Below are positions 39,404 to 49,492 of a DNA stretch of 64,000 bases, in pieces. The notes beneath the pieces are model-generated. The model was not told where the DNA came from. It did no database searches and saw nothing but the letters and a program-made list of their open reading frames with translations. This DNA comes from an uncultured Gammaproteobacteria bacterium (lineage in GTDB: Bacteria; Patescibacteriota; Microgenomatia; Curtissbacterales; GWA2-41-24), in assembly GCA_964492425.1 (NCBI GenBank), contig CAZBKB010000003.1, forward strand, positions 6,682 to 70,681, written 5' to 3'. The position numbers and the translations under genes are program-made. The number at the start of each line of letters is the position of its first letter. Within the stretch, counting starts at the first letter, position 1.

Positions 39404-39549
39404 TCTACAATCGCGAAAGTATATACTAAATCGTCAAAATAATCAAGTCAAGACAGTCTAAGTAGATCAAACAATGTCGGTTACCGGTGCATGGTTACCA
39501 GTCTATGGTTCCTAAGTTTATTGTTTTTGGTTAATGGTTAATACGTCTC

Positions 39550-40260
39550 TTGCCACATACCGTCCGTCGCGCTACTATGGAATTAATGCCCGATATGATC
39601 GCAAACAGACTACAGACTACAGACTACAGCAAAAAAAGGACAGTAGTCGGTAGTCGGTCGACAATCAGCAAACCCGCCTTCACCCTCATCGAACTCCTGG
39701 TGGCTTGCCATCCGAAGCTTCAGCGAAGGAAAGCAATTCCTGGCTTTACTTTGATCGAATTGCTGGTGGTTATCTCAATTATCGCAATTCTTATGGCCGT
39801 TGCCACAGTTTCCTACACCAACGCCCAGCAAAAAGGCCGCGACAATAAACGCAAGGCAGACCTCAAAGCCGTCCAACAAGCACTGGAGATTTACTTCAAC
39901 CAAAATGGAAAGTACCCAATTGACGGAGGAGCCGGCGGTGAAATCACCTGCAATGTTACCGGTGACTCCAATCCCCAACCATGGGGCACAGAATTTGATT
40001 GTGATGAAAACGGCTCCTCAACTGACCCAACAAAAATAACTTATATGAATCCACTGCCCAAAGACCCAGTATTTGTTTCAGGTTCAAGCCAAAACTATTA
40101 TTATGACCAGACCGGCACAAGTACGTACATCCTCAGTGCCAGATTAGAAAACACTAAGGATCAGGATTATAGAGGACACCCTACCACAAATACTTCCTGT
40201 ACACCACAAGGCTGGACAGCAGCCAATCTTGAACGAAACTACTGCGTCATCAACCCGTAA
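39550..40260 (+). CDS. Type IV pilin-like protein (prepilin class III N-terminus). The true start is uncertain.
   Basis: Canonical KAIPG|FTLIELLVVISIIAILMAVA with E5. An unusually long 72-aa leader if started at 39550. An upstream degenerate second copy KPAFTLIELLVA sits in the same frame. Confidence 0.65.
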   Translation: MPHTVRRATMELMPDMIANRLQTTDYSKKRTVVGSRSTISKPAFTLIELLVACHPKLQRRKAIPGFTLIELLVVISIIAILMAVATVSYTNAQQKGRDNKRKADLKAVQQALEIYFNQNGKYPIDGGAGGEITCNVTGDSNPQPWGTEFDCDENGSSTDPTKITYMNPLPKDPVFVSGSSQNYYYDQTGTSTYILSARLENTKDQDYRGHPTTNTSCTPQGWTAANLERNYCVINP

Positions 40261-40460
40261 AATTTTTAACTTTAAACCTGTCCGCAATGCTACGCATAGC
40301 GTTGCAGGCGGACCGTAAACTGTAAACAAGAAACCAGCGCAGAGCGTTAGTTAATGGTTAATGGTTCGTGGTTAATCAGGGCTTTCTAAAAGCTGGGATA
40401 AAAACGATAAAACACAAACGACCTACAAAATTTGAACCTAATATGTTATGATGACGGCGT

Positions 40461-40727
40461 ATGACAAACAACGATTTAATAACCCAAGACCCAAAAATCT
40501 TAGGCGGTAAACCAATCGTCGCAGGTACAAGGATGTCGGTTGAAAACATTCTTGAGCTGCTTTCTTCTGGTATGGAAATTAGAGAAATACTCAAAGAATA
40601 TCCTTTCCTGGGGAAAAAACAGGTGCAGGCTGCAATCGGCTATGCTGCCAAGCTGATCAACAAAGAAGAGAGTTACGTCTTTCGCAAGCCCTCTACTGTC
40701 GCCCATGAAATTTCTGGCCGACGTTAA
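40461..40727 (+). CDS. DUF433 family antitoxin-like protein
   Basis: DPKILGGKPIVAGTRMSVENILELLSSGMEIREILKEYPFL matches the DUF433 consensus. Confidence 0.65.
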   Translation: MTNNDLITQDPKILGGKPIVAGTRMSVENILELLSSGMEIREILKEYPFLGKKQVQAAIGYAAKLINKEESYVFRKPSTVAHEISGRR

Positions 40728-40950
40728 TATTCCCCAATCCGTAATTTTATTTCTTAGCAAGGCCGGTTACGATGTTTTGGACATTAAGAAAAAAAGCCTA
40801 AAATTAACAGATACAGAAATTGTTAGTATCGCCAAAAAAGAGAACAGGACTATACTTACAAGAGACAAAGATTTCATCGCCTTGACCCAATATCCGCAGT
40901 CCAAGCAAGAAACTACTGCCTCATCAATCCGTAAGTTGGTTGACAGTTGA
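40705..40950 (+). CDS. DUF5615 (PIN-like) toxin-like protein, possibly C-terminally short
   Basis: MKFLADVNIPQSVILFLSKAGYDVLDI...ENRTILTRDKDF matches DUF5615. 23-nt overlap with the upstream DUF433 gene. Confidence 0.5.
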   Translation: MKFLADVNIPQSVILFLSKAGYDVLDIKKKSLKLTDTEIVSIAKKENRTILTRDKDFIALTQYPQSKQETTASSIRKLVDS

Positions 40951-41221
40951 TCGATAGTTGATAAATTGAATATTTACTTAGATGCAACAGTTTCTAGCGC
41001 ATCTACTCTTGGTTCCAGATCATCTACTTTCATTTCAACATCCCCCAATGCGCCTACTGTGCTCAACAACAACCGCACCCACAGTTTCCGCAAGCGGTAC
41101 AATCCTGTGCTCTATATCTGCCAGTGCTCTCGAATGTGCAGCCTGAATTTGCTTTACATCCTTAATGTCTTCTTTAATAGGCTTCAGTTTTGTGTCTAAC
41201 AACCTCGAAATTTGATCTAAA

Positions 41222-41416
41222 CTAATATTTCCCGATTTCATTCTTGTCTTGAATCTTTATTTGGTATTTCCTGATCGCGTAGTCTTCAATTGGCTTGAAA
41301 CAATTATCACAGAACACTCCGGTTCTTAGCCTTTTACCGCTAAGTGAATTTCTGGTAAATGTTCCTACTTGCCTCCCGCAACCGTCGCAAATTGAAATGA
41401 TTGGCATAGAAACCAA
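41222..41416 (-). CDS. Small zinc-ribbon protein
   Basis: CDGC...CDNC pair of CxxC motifs. 64 aa. Confidence 0.3.
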   Translation of the reverse strand: MVSMPIISICDGCGRQVGTFTRNSLSGKRLRTGVFCDNCFKPIEDYAIRKYQIKIQDKNEIGKY

Positions 41417-41464
41417 TCTACATTAAGCAGCAAAGCCAAACAAGTAGAAAAAATTTACCCAAAT

Positions 41465-41719
41465 CTAACTCACCAGCACCAAAAACCCGGCCAGAAGCGC
41501 GATAAAGCCAATAAACAAATATTCCAAAATCACTCGCCTGGTAGTATCACCCTTCATGTGGTGGTAAACATAACCCCAAACCAAATAAAACAACACTAAC
41601 ATCATAAGAATCAGGTATTGCCTGGTGGCGTCAAAGCGCGAAAGATAAACCGCAATTACACCAACACCTAACCCCAGATATAAAAATGTATGCCAGAATA
41701 TATCGTGTTCTTTAATCAT
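41465..41719 (-). CDS. Small 2-TM membrane protein
   Basis: Two hydrophobic helices. 4-nt overlap with the upstream CAP-domain gene. Confidence 0.3.
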   Translation of the reverse strand: MIKEHDIFWHTFLYLGLGVGVIAVYLSRFDATRQYLILMMLVLFYLVWGYVYHHMKGDTTRRVILEYLFIGFIALLAGFLVLVS

Positions 41720-42735
41720 AGTATCGCCCCGCTTACCGCATACCAGATTACCAGTAGCACAAACCCCAGTAACCCAAGATGCGCCAATATTCCGCTTCTA
41801 AGCTTTAGATGCTCGCGGCGCACAACCATCACAACTTCGGCCGCAAATAATACAAATATAAACCCGACTAAACCTAGCGTTATGCCTTTAGAAATAGAAA
41901 ACTGGTTACTTGCAAGGACTGTGGCAGACTGCCCCACGTTATCCCCCACAATAATATCCGCCTGTGCAACAGCAATTGGTGTCGGGCTTGAGGATGGACT
42001 TGGCTCAGGTGATGGTGCAGGGGTTAACGTCGGGGTCGGGCTTGCCTGCGCAAACGAGTTGCGTATTGGTGTCGGGATTGGAGTAACGACAGGAGCCGGT
42101 GAGGGTGATGCCTGCGCCAAATTCTGCGGCACCGGAACCTGGGAAACAGGTGTTGCAAACAACTGCACTACCAGAATCCCCTCGTGTCCGGTTACATTTC
42201 CCGAAGCAACTGCAACCCCAATTTCCTTAAAGCCCCGGTCAAGTAAATTACTTTTGTGCGAAGGCGAATTCATCCACGCATTGACAACAGATTGTGCGTC
42301 ACCAAAATCACGGGCCAAATTTTCCCCTGCGTACACGTATTTATACCCGACAGAGTTCATAAAACTCCACGGGCTTTTCCCGCTCGGGCTAAAGTGCGCC
42401 CAGTAATTTTCCGCAAACATATTAGAAGCTTTAGCTGCAGCCGCCTGTGCCAGAAGCGGATTATAGGAAACCGCTCCTACCCCATTTTCTGTCCGCTTAA
42501 CGTTGGTAAGCTCAATAATCTGATCAGCAGTAAAAGTAACCACACCAAGAATCTGGGGAGCGGTAAATTTGATGACATAAAATCCGCCAATTGTAAAAGC
42601 AAATATCTGCATGTAGGCAAAAAGTGCAACGAGTGACAAACCGTGTGCATGGTGTTGCTGTCCATCCTCGTGAAGATGAGGCAAAACGTGGTGATGGATA
42701 CGCCTGAAATGTCCGGCTATGTGTTTTTTTACCAC
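41716..42735 (-). CDS. CAP/SCP (PR-1-like) domain protein with N-terminal TMs, a P/T/S-rich linker and a C-terminal TM
   Basis: YWAHFSPSGKSPW...GENLA...AWMNSPSHKSNLLDRGFKEIGVAVA (CAP motifs). Confidence 0.65.
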   Translation of the reverse strand: MVKKHIAGHFRRIHHHVLPHLHEDGQQHHAHGLSLVALFAYMQIFAFTIGGFYVIKFTAPQILGVVTFTADQIIELTNVKRTENGVGAVSYNPLLAQAAAAKASNMFAENYWAHFSPSGKSPWSFMNSVGYKYVYAGENLARDFGDAQSVVNAWMNSPSHKSNLLDRGFKEIGVAVASGNVTGHEGILVVQLFATPVSQVPVPQNLAQASPSPAPVVTPIPTPIRNSFAQASPTPTLTPAPSPEPSPSSSPTPIAVAQADIIVGDNVGQSATVLASNQFSISKGITLGLVGFIFVLFAAEVVMVVRREHLKLRSGILAHLGLLGFVLLVIWYAVSGAIL

Positions 42736-42873
42736 AAACTTATATTACATTGTTAGATAGCTTGATTGCTAGATTGTTAGTCAATCAAGACCCCACTAAA
42801 AAGCCCCAACCATGGGCAGGGGCTATTAGTCTAAACACGAATATACTAGTCACATCAGTTCACATTAACATGA

Positions 42874-43470
42874 TCAAAGTGTGTTAGAAGGTGCATTTAC
42901 TGTAACACCAACACTAGAACTTGCAGGCCCGGTAGTAATACCTACCGTACCGTTTGTGTTTTTCTTGGCCTTATTTTTACCTGTCTTTGCCTTTACCTTC
43001 GCATTGACACCAACAGTCGTCGCATTTAATTGCGAAACAGGCTGCACAATAGAATTCGTTTCCCCTGCAGTATTAGTTGATCTCGCACCATTGGCATCAA
43101 TCGTTACATCAAGACCGGTCACACATATACAACAATTCGGCAATTGAGCAGTATTTGTCGAACCGCCAACAACAACATTTACCGAACTGGTTGCTGCACC
43201 GGTACCAATGGTTACATCGCCTCCGGTGTTGCTGCTTGCTGTATTACCACCTGTGCTTGCGCTAACATCTGCATTCACACCAACAGTAAGACTGTTTGAC
43301 TGTGAAACTGTAGAAACGCAAGAATTTACAACATTTACGGTATTTTCGGAATTCGCACCATTATTTGTTATAGCAATAGTGGTATCTGCAAATGCAGCAC
43401 CAGCAAGACCTGATGCAATAAGTGCACCAGCTGCTATTGTTCCTCCAACTTTAAACATCAATTTTTTCAT
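42874..43470 (-). CDS. Secreted N/T/G/S-rich repeat protein (family shared with 60136..62322 and 62526..63794)
   Basis: Signal peptide. NTGGDVTIGTG motif and an NCCICVTG Cys pair. Conserved TTCACCTCCTTTC RBS context upstream. Confidence 0.5.
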   Translation of the reverse strand: MKKLMFKVGGTIAAGALIASGLAGAAFADTTIAITNNGANSENTVNVVNSCVSTVSQSNSLTVGVNADVSASTGGNTASSNTGGDVTIGTGAATSSVNVVVGGSTNTAQLPNCCICVTGLDVTIDANGARSTNTAGETNSIVQPVSQLNATTVGVNAKVKAKTGKNKAKKNTNGTVGITTGPASSSVGVTVNAPSNTL

Positions 43471-43776
43471 TTATTGTTCACCTCCTTTCGTTATCCATCA
43501 ATAATCGCCCCCCACACGTACGTTTACCCTGAGTAAATCGAGGGGTAGTTTCGAAAAAACCTGAAACATGATCGAAATGAGCACAACAGGATGGGCAGAA
43601 CATAATAATTTACTTCCTTTTGGGATAAAAGCGAGTCCTAATTCGCATCGGTAAATGTATAATTTACCGACAGTTTATGTCAACTGGAACAAAAAGGGCA
43701 AAATGGGGTCAAAAAAATACAAAGTATAGCCGCCCATTCTTACAATATCCTGTCCTAATAATCAATTCGTGAAAGT

Positions 43777-44703
43777 TTAAGAAATATCTCTGTGTTTCTG
43801 AAGTCTCTCCTCAAAAACATTTGATGCAAACTCGCCGGGGCTAACCTCTGGTAGTTGTTTTCTTCCCTTCCTGAACCTTGCAAGATACACTCCAAGTGGC
43901 GCTGCAGAAAACATCGATGCATACCCCAGCACTCCAACTCCTGTATCTGGCTGTTTAGCTGGAGCTTTCCCCGAAAGCACTTTTTCCCCGCCTGCCTTCT
44001 CACCGCTTACTGTAACGTTGACCGTCTGGTTATTGTTTTGTTCCTGGTGCTGTTCTTGACTGTTATCATTGTTATTGGTGTTTGTACTCGTGTTTCCCCC
44101 AACAGTCGGTGTTGGAGTAGGAACTGGCGATGGTGTGGGCGTTGCAGGGTTGCAGGAATCAGGATCCTTAACGAATACATAATCTATCATGTCGCTGCCG
44201 GCATAATTTGGTGGTGTTCGCACATCACTTGTCCTTGTCGCATCAACCTGGTACCAGCAAAAATCAGCATTTGGAACATCCACTTGGACTTTGAAATCAG
44301 ATACCCCCTGCGCAACATTAACTGTTTGCGATTTGACAAAAGCCTGGGACTTTAACCAACCTTGGCTTTCCGGCTCCTGTCTTGAACCGAATATTAGTAT
44401 ATAAACATTATCCGAACAATCCGGATTTGCTGCCTTATTATAAAAATAGCCAGTTATGGGGTTACCAGACAAATGGTTTCCAGAATATTCAAACCTTCCG
44501 TGAACATCCGTTGAGACACACGGGCCCACAGATGGACTTGGTGTAAGTGAAGGTGTATTTGTTGGTGTGGGGGTAGGGCTAGGGGTCTGATCACCTTCAA
44601 AATTATGACTTGCCAACACTTGAGTGTTAACATTCAGCGAAACAACTAGGGCAACTAATGCCGAAATTATCGCCGGAGCAATAAATTTTACTGCTTTTTT
44701 CAT
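43777..44703 (-). CDS. Secreted protein with PT-rich linkers and a C-terminal sorting-signal-like segment
   Basis: Signal peptide. Two PTPTP linkers. N/Q-rich tract. KQPDTG + hydrophobic VGVLGYASMFSAAPLGVYLA + RFRKGRK. Confidence 0.5.
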   Translation of the reverse strand: MKKAVKFIAPAIISALVALVVSLNVNTQVLASHNFEGDQTPSPTPTPTNTPSLTPSPSVGPCVSTDVHGRFEYSGNHLSGNPITGYFYNKAANPDCSDNVYILIFGSRQEPESQGWLKSQAFVKSQTVNVAQGVSDFKVQVDVPNADFCWYQVDATRTSDVRTPPNYAGSDMIDYVFVKDPDSCNPATPTPSPVPTPTPTVGGNTSTNTNNNDNSQEQHQEQNNNQTVNVTVSGEKAGGEKVLSGKAPAKQPDTGVGVLGYASMFSAAPLGVYLARFRKGRKQLPEVSPGEFASNVFEERLQKHRDIS

Positions 44704-44849
44704 ATAAAGTTTTGGCAGGGAATACCAGTGAGCAGAAGATTAAAGTTGCTATATTCTAGATAGTTATTTTAAGTTTGTCAAATTCCCCTGATAATATAAT
44801 TTATTAATATCTACTAGAACTTACAATATCAAACATTACTCACCACAAG

Positions 44850-47800
44850 TTATATTTTTTTACTACTATAAACAATCGTAGCCCCTCCACCATTTTCGTA
44901 GTACTCAAGCTTTATTACATGAAGCCCGGCTGTCATACTTTTGGTAACTTTATATGTAGTTGGTGGTTGGTCTATCCACTTGTCTATTACCAATTGCCCA
45001 TCGATAAAGAGCCTTATACCATCGTCTGCAGTAACTGTAAACTCATAAGTCCCTGCCTCAATGGTTTCTGTTTTGCCAAATCGTGCGCTAAAGTGGTCGT
45101 TTGGTATCGCCGGGTCTGGGGATCCATTACCCCAGTTGAAATTTATACTTAATTCTTGCCTAATAATCTTGGCAATTCCCGACAGACTAATATTGTCGAA
45201 ATATTCTGCTACGAAAAAATCGCCGCTTGGCGGTGTATCTATTTTGGCATAAGAAAATTTTGCAACTGCCCCACCGCTGTTTTCGTAATATTCAACTTCA
45301 ATGTCATGCTCTCCGGCTGTTACTGCTTTATCAACCGTATAAGTTGTCGGTGCATGATCGTTCCACTGGTCAAGTATCATAACGTTATCCAGATAAACCC
45401 TAATCCCATCATCCGAAACCATCGTAAATCGGTAATTCGCTGCCTCAAAAGTTTTCCTGGCTTTCCATCTGGCTATGAAGTGATCAGCATTAATGGCTGC
45501 GTCCGGAGAAACACCATCCCAATCAAAATTAATTTCTGCGTCATTCCTCACCAAATTGGCAGCTGTCGTCGGTATAGTTGGAGATGAACCATTACCCGCA
45601 TTCCAATAATACCCTTGGTAATCGCCAGTCGGTGGTGGAGGCGGTGGGAGTGAACCAGTTTTTAAGTAACCAAATTGCAAAACTGCCCCACCGGTTTTTT
45701 CATAATATTCTACCTTGACCTCATGCATACCCGCAGTTATATCTTTAGAAACTGTATAAGTAGTTGCCGCCTGGTCTATCCACTTATCCAGGATTAATAC
45801 ATTATCAATATATACCCGCACACCGTCATCAGCCGTTACTTTAAATTCGTAAGTACCTGCTTCAAAATTGTCATTTTTAACATATCGTGCCGAAAAATTG
45901 TCAGCTCCAATTAAAGGATCCGGCGAGCCATCGTCTCCCCAATCAAAGTTAATAGCTGGTTCATTTTGCTGGACTACCGAAGTACCCGATAACGTTATGT
46001 TATTAAAATATTGAGCCAGAAAGACACCGGCTGCCGGTATCGGCGCAGGCGCTTCGTCTATAATTTCCCAAAAAAGTTTTGCAACCGCCCCCCCGGTATT
46101 TTCAAAATATTCCATTTTAACATCATGTTCTCCGGCTGTTAAAGTAATATCCGCACTATATGTCGTAGGTGGCTGGTTTACCCACTTATTGATTATCAAA
46201 TTACCGTCAACATAAATTCTCACACCGTCATCTGCAGTGGTCGTAAACTTATATTTTCCAGCCACAAAATATTGTTTTTTTGTCCAACGCACCGAAAACT
46301 TATCAGTCCCGATACCGGCAGCCGGAGATTTACTTCCCCAGTTAAAATCAACAACCGTATCTTGTCTGGTCAATTTTGGGACTCCATACAAAGTCATATT
46401 TGTAAAATATTCACCCTTAAAGGGTGGCATTTCCAAATAATTGGCAACATAAGTCGTATCTGCTGCTGGCGTCGAAATTCTACGAGAAATCGCACCACCG
46501 TCCGACCAGTTGGCAAATTGGTAATTTTTACCACCTAAAACTTGAATAAGTGGCGCCTTAATTTCACGCTCGAAACTAACAACGCCGGTTACCGTTTTTG
46601 GTGTACCAATGAGCGTACCGTCTAAAAATAATTGCATGCCTCCAGGGCTTGTCAAAAGGGTAAAGTTGGAAGTTACCGGATATACACTCACAGATTTTGA
46701 AGAAACGAGGTTATCGTAATCACGTGCACTGACTTTAATTTCAAACCAGCTTTCTGCAGAATCCTCACCAGTCATCGGGACGGTAAACGACCCGCTTGTC
46801 CCGACTATTGGACCCAAAAATGGATGTATATGGGTCTGGTGGTGAAGTAAAATTTCAGTCGATACTGCGCTTGATGGCAAGTCAATTCCACGTCCGTCTA
46901 CTGCCGATGCTATCCAAAATATTGTATCGCCCGCTTTGTATTTGGCCCCATCTGAAGGCGCTCCAATAGATATAGTCGGTGGTACGCCAACATTAATTAT
47001 GATAGGTACAGATTGTGCACTGTTCACACCATCAGAAACTGTAAGTTGAACTGTAAAACTCCCCAGGCTAAAAATTTTAGTAGGGTTTGCCAGAATACTT
47101 TGTGTTCCATCTCCAAAATCCCAAAGATACGTTAGAGAGTCACCGTCTGGATCATACGTCCCACTGCTAGAAAAATGTACAGCAAGCGGCGCATCGTCAC
47201 TTGTAGTCACATCTGCAGAAGAATTGGCAATCGGTGTCTGGTTGCTTACAGAATAAGTTATCTTATATAACCGTCCTGGGAAATACGTTATGTAGTACAA
47301 AGAACCGTCTTGCGCCACCTTAAAATCAACAACACTGCCAGCATTCAGATCAAAATCGGCAACACTCACATAATTCCCGCTTGAATCAAGATTTAACCTT
47401 TTAATAAATCCTCCGGCGTAATCTCCAAAGAAGAGATCGCCCTTATACTCGGCAGGAAACATATTCCCTTGGTAAACTGGCCCCAAAGCAACTGCCCGGC
47501 TTGCACCATTATGGTTATAGGCATAAATTGGCTGAATATAAGGGCAACTGGATACACATGGCCCTTCGACAATCGGCCAACCGTAATTTCCACCTTTTTG
47601 AACTAAATCAATTTCTTCCCATGTTGCATCACCTACATCACCAACATAAAGTCGACCGCTATCAGGATCAAAACTAAGCCTCCATGGGTTTCTAAATCCA
47701 TATGCCCATATTGCGCCGTACTTACCCGCCTGTCCATAAAACGGGTTATCGACAGGAACAGTTCCATCACTATTAATCCTTAAAATCTTGCCGTGTGGGT

Positions 47801-48338
47801 TGGATAAGTCCTGTGGATTGCTGGTATCACCGTTATCTCCAACAGCAAAATAAAGTTTTCCGTCCGGACCAAATCCCAAACTTCCACCTACATGAAATTG
47901 CAGTGAAGGCGAATTTGTCCTATAAATTTCAACAGCATTTATTCCAACATCCGCCGAAGCATCAAGCCTTACAATCTTGTTCAATAAGTCATTTTTGGAA
48001 GTATAGTAAAAATACGCATAGTGATTACTGCTAAAATCCGGATCAAAAGCTACCCCAATCAACCCTCTGTCTCCGGAAGCCTCTGCATTTAAATCAACAA
48101 ACGGCGTTTGAAGTAAACTACCATTTTTGTAAATTTTTACTTTTCCTGCCCTCTCAAGTACAAAAATTCTGGAATCCGGTGCAATCGCAAATCCAGTTGG
48201 TCCATCAAGCCCGCTTCCAATAACTTGTGTTGTCTGAAAATTTACAGGTGGAGCTGCATATGTAAACTGCCGGGCTGCAAGAAATATAACGATAAAAAGA
48301 AAAATAAACCCCACACACAAACTCAATATTTTTCTCAT
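44850..48338 (-). CDS. Large secreted protein: glucose/sorbosone dehydrogenase-like beta-propeller + PKD domain + five PA14 domains
   Basis: GSDH-like motifs (GLIGVAFDPDF, HVGGSLGFGPDGKLYFAVGDNGD, GKILRINSDGTVPVDNPF, YGFRNPWRLSFDP, NYGWP). PKD YLWDFGDGTQS. Five PA14-like repeats (..FSVRWTK..ADDGVRIYVDGNLIINKW..). Confidence 0.7.
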   Translation of the reverse strand: MRKILSLCVGFIFLFIVIFLAARQFTYAAPPVNFQTTQVIGSGLDGPTGFAIAPDSRIFVLERAGKVKIYKNGSLLQTPFVDLNAEASGDRGLIGVAFDPDFSSNHYAYFYYTSKNDLLNKIVRLDASADVGINAVEIYRTNSPSLQFHVGGSLGFGPDGKLYFAVGDNGDTSNPQDLSNPHGKILRINSDGTVPVDNPFYGQAGKYGAIWAYGFRNPWRLSFDPDSGRLYVGDVGDATWEEIDLVQKGGNYGWPIVEGPCVSSCPYIQPIYAYNHNGASRAVALGPVYQGNMFPAEYKGDLFFGDYAGGFIKRLNLDSSGNYVSVADFDLNAGSVVDFKVAQDGSLYYITYFPGRLYKITYSVSNQTPIANSSADVTTSDDAPLAVHFSSSGTYDPDGDSLTYLWDFGDGTQSILANPTKIFSLGSFTVQLTVSDGVNSAQSVPIIINVGVPPTISIGAPSDGAKYKAGDTIFWIASAVDGRGIDLPSSAVSTEILLHHQTHIHPFLGPIVGTSGSFTVPMTGEDSAESWFEIKVSARDYDNLVSSKSVSVYPVTSNFTLLTSPGGMQLFLDGTLIGTPKTVTGVVSFEREIKAPLIQVLGGKNYQFANWSDGGAISRRISTPAADTTYVANYLEMPPFKGEYFTNMTLYGVPKLTRQDTVVDFNWGSKSPAAGIGTDKFSVRWTKKQYFVAGKYKFTTTADDGVRIYVDGNLIINKWVNQPPTTYSADITLTAGEHDVKMEYFENTGGAVAKLFWEIIDEAPAPIPAAGVFLAQYFNNITLSGTSVVQQNEPAINFDWGDDGSPDPLIGADNFSARYVKNDNFEAGTYEFKVTADDGVRVYIDNVLILDKWIDQAATTYTVSKDITAGMHEVKVEYYEKTGGAVLQFGYLKTGSLPPPPPPTGDYQGYYWNAGNGSSPTIPTTAANLVRNDAEINFDWDGVSPDAAINADHFIARWKARKTFEAANYRFTMVSDDGIRVYLDNVMILDQWNDHAPTTYTVDKAVTAGEHDIEVEYYENSGGAVAKFSYAKIDTPPSGDFFVAEYFDNISLSGIAKIIRQELSINFNWGNGSPDPAIPNDHFSARFGKTETIEAGTYEFTVTADDGIRLFIDGQLVIDKWIDQPPTTYKVTKSMTAGLHVIKLEYYENGGGATIVYSSKKI

Positions 48339-48466
48339 TGAAATTTAAAAGAGGCAGGAACATTAAAACATCGCGATTATAGGTTATAAAACCTAATGTG
48401 TCAAACATTCTTTTAACAGAACCTTAAAGAAACTAAAGGACAATTAGTGTATCAATTATTTACAAA

Positions 48467-49492
48467 TTACAGGACATTTAAATCATGGATTCTATAGTAT
48501 TTTTCAAGAATGGATTGGGCTTTTTTCTCCCCCAAATCACTAAAAATTGCACTCTCACCGCCAAAACCAACCCACCAATTTACCCCAACAATACTTTCCT
48601 GTTCAGATATCAAAGAGAGTACCCGCTCAATCCATCTTGACTGTTCTTCTTCATCCATCTCTCCATGAATGTGAAGGATTGGAGCTCCGAGTTCTCCAAG
48701 TATGATCTGTGCTTTGGTCGAATTTTTAAGTTCAACGATTTGGTCCACAAAATCCTCCGGCTTTCTAGTATAATGGTCAACAACAATTAAATTGTCCATT
48801 TCAGAAAGTGTTTTTTTATCAAATACTAACTTTGCCACATCCAAATTCATGGAAGTGTAATTTGTATTTACCTTTTTGCCGGTCTTTGCAAATTCCTCAT
48901 CCATCACTCGCCTCTCGCTGGTCATAAAAGTGCGAAAACCATCAATATCAGTATTATATCTTGGGTCACCCGGTCCACCGTTCTCACATTCCGGGCATGC
49001 TGTAAAAATGTCTCCATCTTCAAATAAATCAGCATTACTGCCAATAAACTGTTTTAATTTCTCAATATGCCCATCACGATTTAAATTCTTTTCGTAACCG
49101 AACCAACCTTCCCAGGACGAAAAGTTTCCTCGAAACCATACTTTCAAATTATATTGTCTGGCAAAGTTCACCCATCGTTTTAAATAAGGGACAAATTCCT
49201 GATCGTATGGGGTATCCACTGCAACATGGGTAGCACCAGTTTTAGAAATCAGTCCCATCTGCCTGTTTATTTCTAAATCAAAAGATTGTTCTTTGAACTT
49301 TATCCTCGCCTTGTCCCTGGAATCCTTCATCGTATCTATCGATTTAACCCGCCAAACACGCCCCGAGACAGGAAATTCCAATTGCTCACTATCTTTTTTA
49401 CCGGTAGCGTTAAAAAGAGATGAAAAAATTATTAATGCCCCAAAGACCAATATTGCAGAAATAACAATCTTCTTAATATTTACTAGATTCAC
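48467..49492 (-). CDS. Membrane-anchored putative TIM-barrel glycoside hydrolase-like protein
   Basis: N-terminal TM. Composition and length resemble GH5/GH113-like barrels, but no firm motif. Confidence 0.35.
   Translation of the reverse strand: MNLVNIKKIVISAILVFGALIIFSSLFNATGKKDSEQLEFPVSGRVWRVKSIDTMKDSRDKARIKFKEQSFDLEINRQMGLISKTGATHVAVDTPYDQEFVPYLKRWVNFARQYNLKVWFRGNFSSWEGWFGYEKNLNRDGHIEKLKQFIGSNADLFEDGDIFTACPECENGGPGDPRYNTDIDGFRTFMTSERRVMDEEFAKTGKKVNTNYTSMNLDVAKLVFDKKTLSEMDNLIVVDHYTRKPEDFVDQIVELKNSTKAQIILGELGAPILHIHGEMDEEEQSRWIERVLSLISEQESIVGVNWWVGFGGESAIFSDLGEKKAQSILEKYYRIHDLNVL

Noticed and set aside
36515-39549. Prophage or integrative element at the tRNA-Arg and tRNA-Pro genes
   Set aside because: No integrase, recombinase, terminase or capsid genes follow. 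Only envelope and adhesin genes do. Kept only as a low-confidence island-boundary note.
41690-42406. 238-aa plus-strand ORF overlapping the CAP-domain gene
   Set aside because: Antisense to a gene with clear CAP motifs. No start context.
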